Assembly (NCBI GenBank): GCA_050293845.1
Contig: JBNKNM010000109.1
Span: forward strand, 1-17,425
DNA from: Pseudobacteriovorax sp.
Lineage (GTDB): Bacteria > Bdellovibrionota_B > Oligoflexia > Oligoflexales > Oligoflexaceae
DNA: 17,425 bases
Direction: 5' to 3'
Each line of letters starts with the position of its first letter. Positions within the stretch are counted from its first letter, which is position 1. Position numbers and translations under genes: made by a program. Positions 14,490 through 17,425 of the stretch are shown here, piece by piece. The notes under the pieces are model-generated. The model saw nothing but the letters and a program-made list of their open reading frames with translations, did not search any database and was not told the origin of the DNA.

Positions 14490-17195
14490 ATGAGTACAAA
14501 ATTTGGTGACGCTTCAATAGCGGGAGCCCTGATCCTGGCGATGACAGGTGGTGGCTATGCCCAAGGAACACAAAAAGATTCCATAGAAAAAGTGGAGAAA
14601 ATTTCCGTTGTTGGCTCTAGGATTAAAAGGATCGACATCGAAGGAACAACACCCATAAAGATTATCGACAGAGAAGAGATAGAAAATAGCGGTCTTGTTA
14701 GTATAGGCGACATTATTCGAAAATCCGCTCTCGCTAGTCCTACAGGAAACTTTTCAGGATCTTCCAGATTTATTGCGGCTGGCTCTTCTAGCATCGACTT
14801 ACTCGGCCTTGGTAGTGATCGCACGTTGATTCTATTAAATGGCAAACGCTTACCACCATCAGCAAATGGTGGACTAAATTCAGTTAACATTGACAATATT
14901 CCCACAGGATTAGTGGAGCGTATTGAAATCCTTTCAGGAGGGTCTTCAGCCGTTTATGGAGCTGATGCTGTTGGGGGTGTTGTTAACGTTGTTCTTAAAA
15001 AGGATATGAGTGGTTCTGAAGTATCTGCCTTCAGATCCGTTACTAATGAAGGTGGCGGCGATGAAACAGAGCTAAGCGCTTCCTATGGTGGCAAGCTAAC
15101 AGATAAATTAAGCCTAACGTTTTCCCTTGGCTATCGGGGTCGTTCTCGTCTTTTTAAAAACAATCGTGATCTTTCGTTCGGAGAAGCGCCACGGGATTTT
15201 ACTGTAACAAACCCACCTGAAGGCACTTATAGCTATAGACCCATTGATTTGGACGCTACCGACAGTATATTTCTTGACTGGCAACCCAGTAGCAACTGCC
15301 CCGAGCAGAACCGTGTAGCGACTGTTCCCACAAGCCCTAATAATGTTTACTGTGCAGGTCCGCGAAGCGGCCCGCCTACAGAATTAATTCCCCGAAAAGA
15401 AGAATTCCACGGCTCTCTCTACCTAGACTATGACATCTCTGATGATTGGAAGCTTAGCGGCCTAGTAAACGGCAGTAGCAGCTATAACTCGTCTAACACT
15501 GGAAATTTCTTAAGCTATATCGATAGTCCTTACGACAACGCGAATGTTCTGGTCACTGGCGATAGGGCCCGCGAATTAGGAATAGATGTTTCTGACGATA
15601 TCGAATATGTGCAACTTATCACCAAAAGTTTTGAATCTCCTGATAGAAAATCCCGCGCCCGCAATACTTCTTTCGGCGGCATCGCGAATCTTGAGGGAAG
15701 CTTGGCCAATGACTGGAATATTGAATTCAGCAGTTCCTACTTTAGAACTAAAGGAACCCGCGAAGGTGTTAACTATATCAACTCTGATAAACTCTATAAC
15801 ATCGTCGTCAATCCTAACGACGAAAACGGCGCGAACCCTGCTTGGCTTGCCATTGACCCCAACCGTGACAACAGCCTGCTCTTAGACGTATTTGATGGTT
15901 TAAAATCTAGTGAGATCAATAGTCATCTCTCTGCAGATGCCTTTCTTAGCAATGAATTCTTTGCATTGCCGGGTGGCCTCGTTTCCGCAGGCTTTGGTGC
16001 CTCTGTTACAAATGAGACCTACAATCAAATAGCTGACCAGAAAGACCAGCAATTCAATGCTGTCAACACTCCTGTTTTTACGGGATCTTTCGCTTCAGAA
16101 GGCAAAGGGGATAGGCAAGTCGGCGCACTCTTTGGTGAGTTCCTAGCTCCTGTAACAAGCCAAATTGATGTTGAAGGTGCCCTACGTTTTGATTCCTACA
16201 GCGACTTTGGTGATTCCCTCAACTTTGGCTTAGGAACTAAAGCCGAACTTATTCCAGGCTTAGCTGTCCGTGGACGCGTCGCCTCCAGCTATAAAGCCCC
16301 ACCCCTTAGTTTCATCCACAGAAAAGGTTCTGGAGGTTACTTAACTATCCGCGATACCGTCAATTGTCAGAGAGAGAACGATGCTGGCCGAACATGTGAT
16401 CCATCCTCTCCTACTCGCCAAGTGCTCGTAGCCGATTCCGGCAATAAGGACCTTAATCCCGAAACAGGTCTTAGTCAGACTCTTGGACTCATCTTTGAAC
16501 CCAGCTCAAACTTAAACCTAATCGGTGACTTTTATGCTATTGATTTAAAAGACACCTATCAACAAGATGACATTCAGGAGCTAGCTGATAAGTGGTACAA
16601 GCAAAACCCCGGCAATACACAAGGTGGCCAAATCGATGACAATGGTATAGAGGTTGATAAGGACGGTGTTATTACACAAATCCTCAGACCCTATCGAAAC
16701 TTAGGGAAAATCAGAGTTAGAGCGACCTCTCTGCAAGCCAATTTCTCTCAGAAGTTTGGAGGGCTAAAACTCGGAGCCAGCTCAAGATATTTCCGGATGT
16801 TATCCTATAAGGTCCAAGAAACTGTAGACGCTCCTGTGAGAGAGCAGGTTGGCTACGATGGTGTTCCAGATTGGAGGGTTAGTAATCAGATAAACTTTGG
16901 CTTTGGAAGCCACACCATTACTCTTTACTCTAGTACTATTGCAGGCCAAAGTATCGATCCAGAACTAGAAACAGCTGCTAGTAAGGATACCCATATAGAT
17001 AAGTACACCGAATATGATGTGAGCTACAACTGGGATACACCTTGGGACTCCAACCTAGTATTAGGTGTGAATAATGTTCTGAACACTATTGGAGGAATCG
17101 ATAATGGTACCTTCAATAAATCAGAGAGTATTAATACTAGCCTATATAGCTACAGTGGGCGAACATTCTTCGCAAGGTTGACCCAGAGATTTTAA
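14490..17195 (+). CDS. TonB-dependent outer membrane receptor
   Basis: GAGGT before ATG 14490, signal peptide ending GYA, TonB-box region EKISVVGSRIKR, plug motifs LGSDRTLILLNGKR and IP..LVERIEILSGGSSAVYGADAVGGVVNVVLKK, LNPETG, GVNNVLN...GRTFF, C-terminal Phe. Confidence 0.95.
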   Translation: MSTKFGDASIAGALILAMTGGGYAQGTQKDSIEKVEKISVVGSRIKRIDIEGTTPIKIIDREEIENSGLVSIGDIIRKSALASPTGNFSGSSRFIAAGSSSIDLLGLGSDRTLILLNGKRLPPSANGGLNSVNIDNIPTGLVERIEILSGGSSAVYGADAVGGVVNVVLKKDMSGSEVSAFRSVTNEGGGDETELSASYGGKLTDKLSLTFSLGYRGRSRLFKNNRDLSFGEAPRDFTVTNPPEGTYSYRPIDLDATDSIFLDWQPSSNCPEQNRVATVPTSPNNVYCAGPRSGPPTELIPRKEEFHGSLYLDYDISDDWKLSGLVNGSSSYNSSNTGNFLSYIDSPYDNANVLVTGDRARELGIDVSDDIEYVQLITKSFESPDRKSRARNTSFGGIANLEGSLANDWNIEFSSSYFRTKGTREGVNYINSDKLYNIVVNPNDENGANPAWLAIDPNRDNSLLLDVFDGLKSSEINSHLSADAFLSNEFFALPGGLVSAGFGASVTNETYNQIADQKDQQFNAVNTPVFTGSFASEGKGDRQVGALFGEFLAPVTSQIDVEGALRFDSYSDFGDSLNFGLGTKAELIPGLAVRGRVASSYKAPPLSFIHRKGSGGYLTIRDTVNCQRENDAGRTCDPSSPTRQVLVADSGNKDLNPETGLSQTLGLIFEPSSNLNLIGDFYAIDLKDTYQQDDIQELADKWYKQNPGNTQGGQIDDNGIEVDKDGVITQILRPYRNLGKIRVRATSLQANFSQKFGGLKLGASSRYFRMLSYKVQETVDAPVREQVGYDGVPDWRVSNQINFGFGSHTITLYSSTIAGQSIDPELETAASKDTHIDKYTEYDVSYNWDTPWDSNLVLGVNNVLNTIGGIDNGTFNKSESINTSLYSYSGRTFFARLTQRF

Positions 17196-17232
17196 ACTAA
17201 TAGTTTAGAAAACGAAGCCAACATAATAAACA

Positions 17233-17265
17233 AAGGAGGGCCCTCTAGGGCCCTCCTTCTTTTTT
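17233..17265 (+). terminator. Intrinsic terminator after the TonB-dependent receptor
   Basis: AAGGAGGGCCC-TCTA-GGGCCCTCCTT followed by CTTTTTT. Confidence 0.88.
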
Positions 17266-17425
17266 AGCACTTTTCCCACAAAAGACTCCATTTTTGAAAG
17301 AATAGAGAGCTTCTTGACTAGCAATGATAACGGATAAACTTGAGATATTTATATTAATAGCATGGAAACCACTCAAGCTGGATTCTAATGTCACCAGACT
17401 GTTTAACTACGGCAGATCCATTGCC

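Noticed and set aside
17354..17425. Possible 3' end of a minus-strand gene entering from the right edge
   Set aside because: Only 23 codons are open to the edge, too little to support a call.

Overview
AT-rich (roughly 40% GC by eye) chromosomal window from a Gram-negative bacterium, judged from its TolC, RND and TonB-dependent receptor genes. In order it holds: the 3' part of a divergent methionyl-tRNA synthetase, a Cys-motif hypothetical protein, a TolC + RND efflux pair with no periplasmic adaptor gene, a secreted hypothetical protein, a two-gene minus-strand module, a secreted collagen-like protein with 182 uninterrupted Gly-X-Y triplets, a Fur-family regulator divergent from a CDF zinc exporter, and a TonB-dependent receptor. 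The two-gene module is the main finding. An unannotated 49-aa ORF (9370-9519, below the ORF-track cutoff, strong RBS) ends in the Pup/UBact-type motif AEEYVKSAKVDL-GGE. It overlaps the start of a PafA/Dop-family (Pup ligase-like) gene that carries a large hydrophobic insertion and altered active-site motifs. No proteasome, ARC/Mpa or Dop gene flanks it, so it looks like a stand-alone, membrane-associated pupylation-like protein-tagging system.
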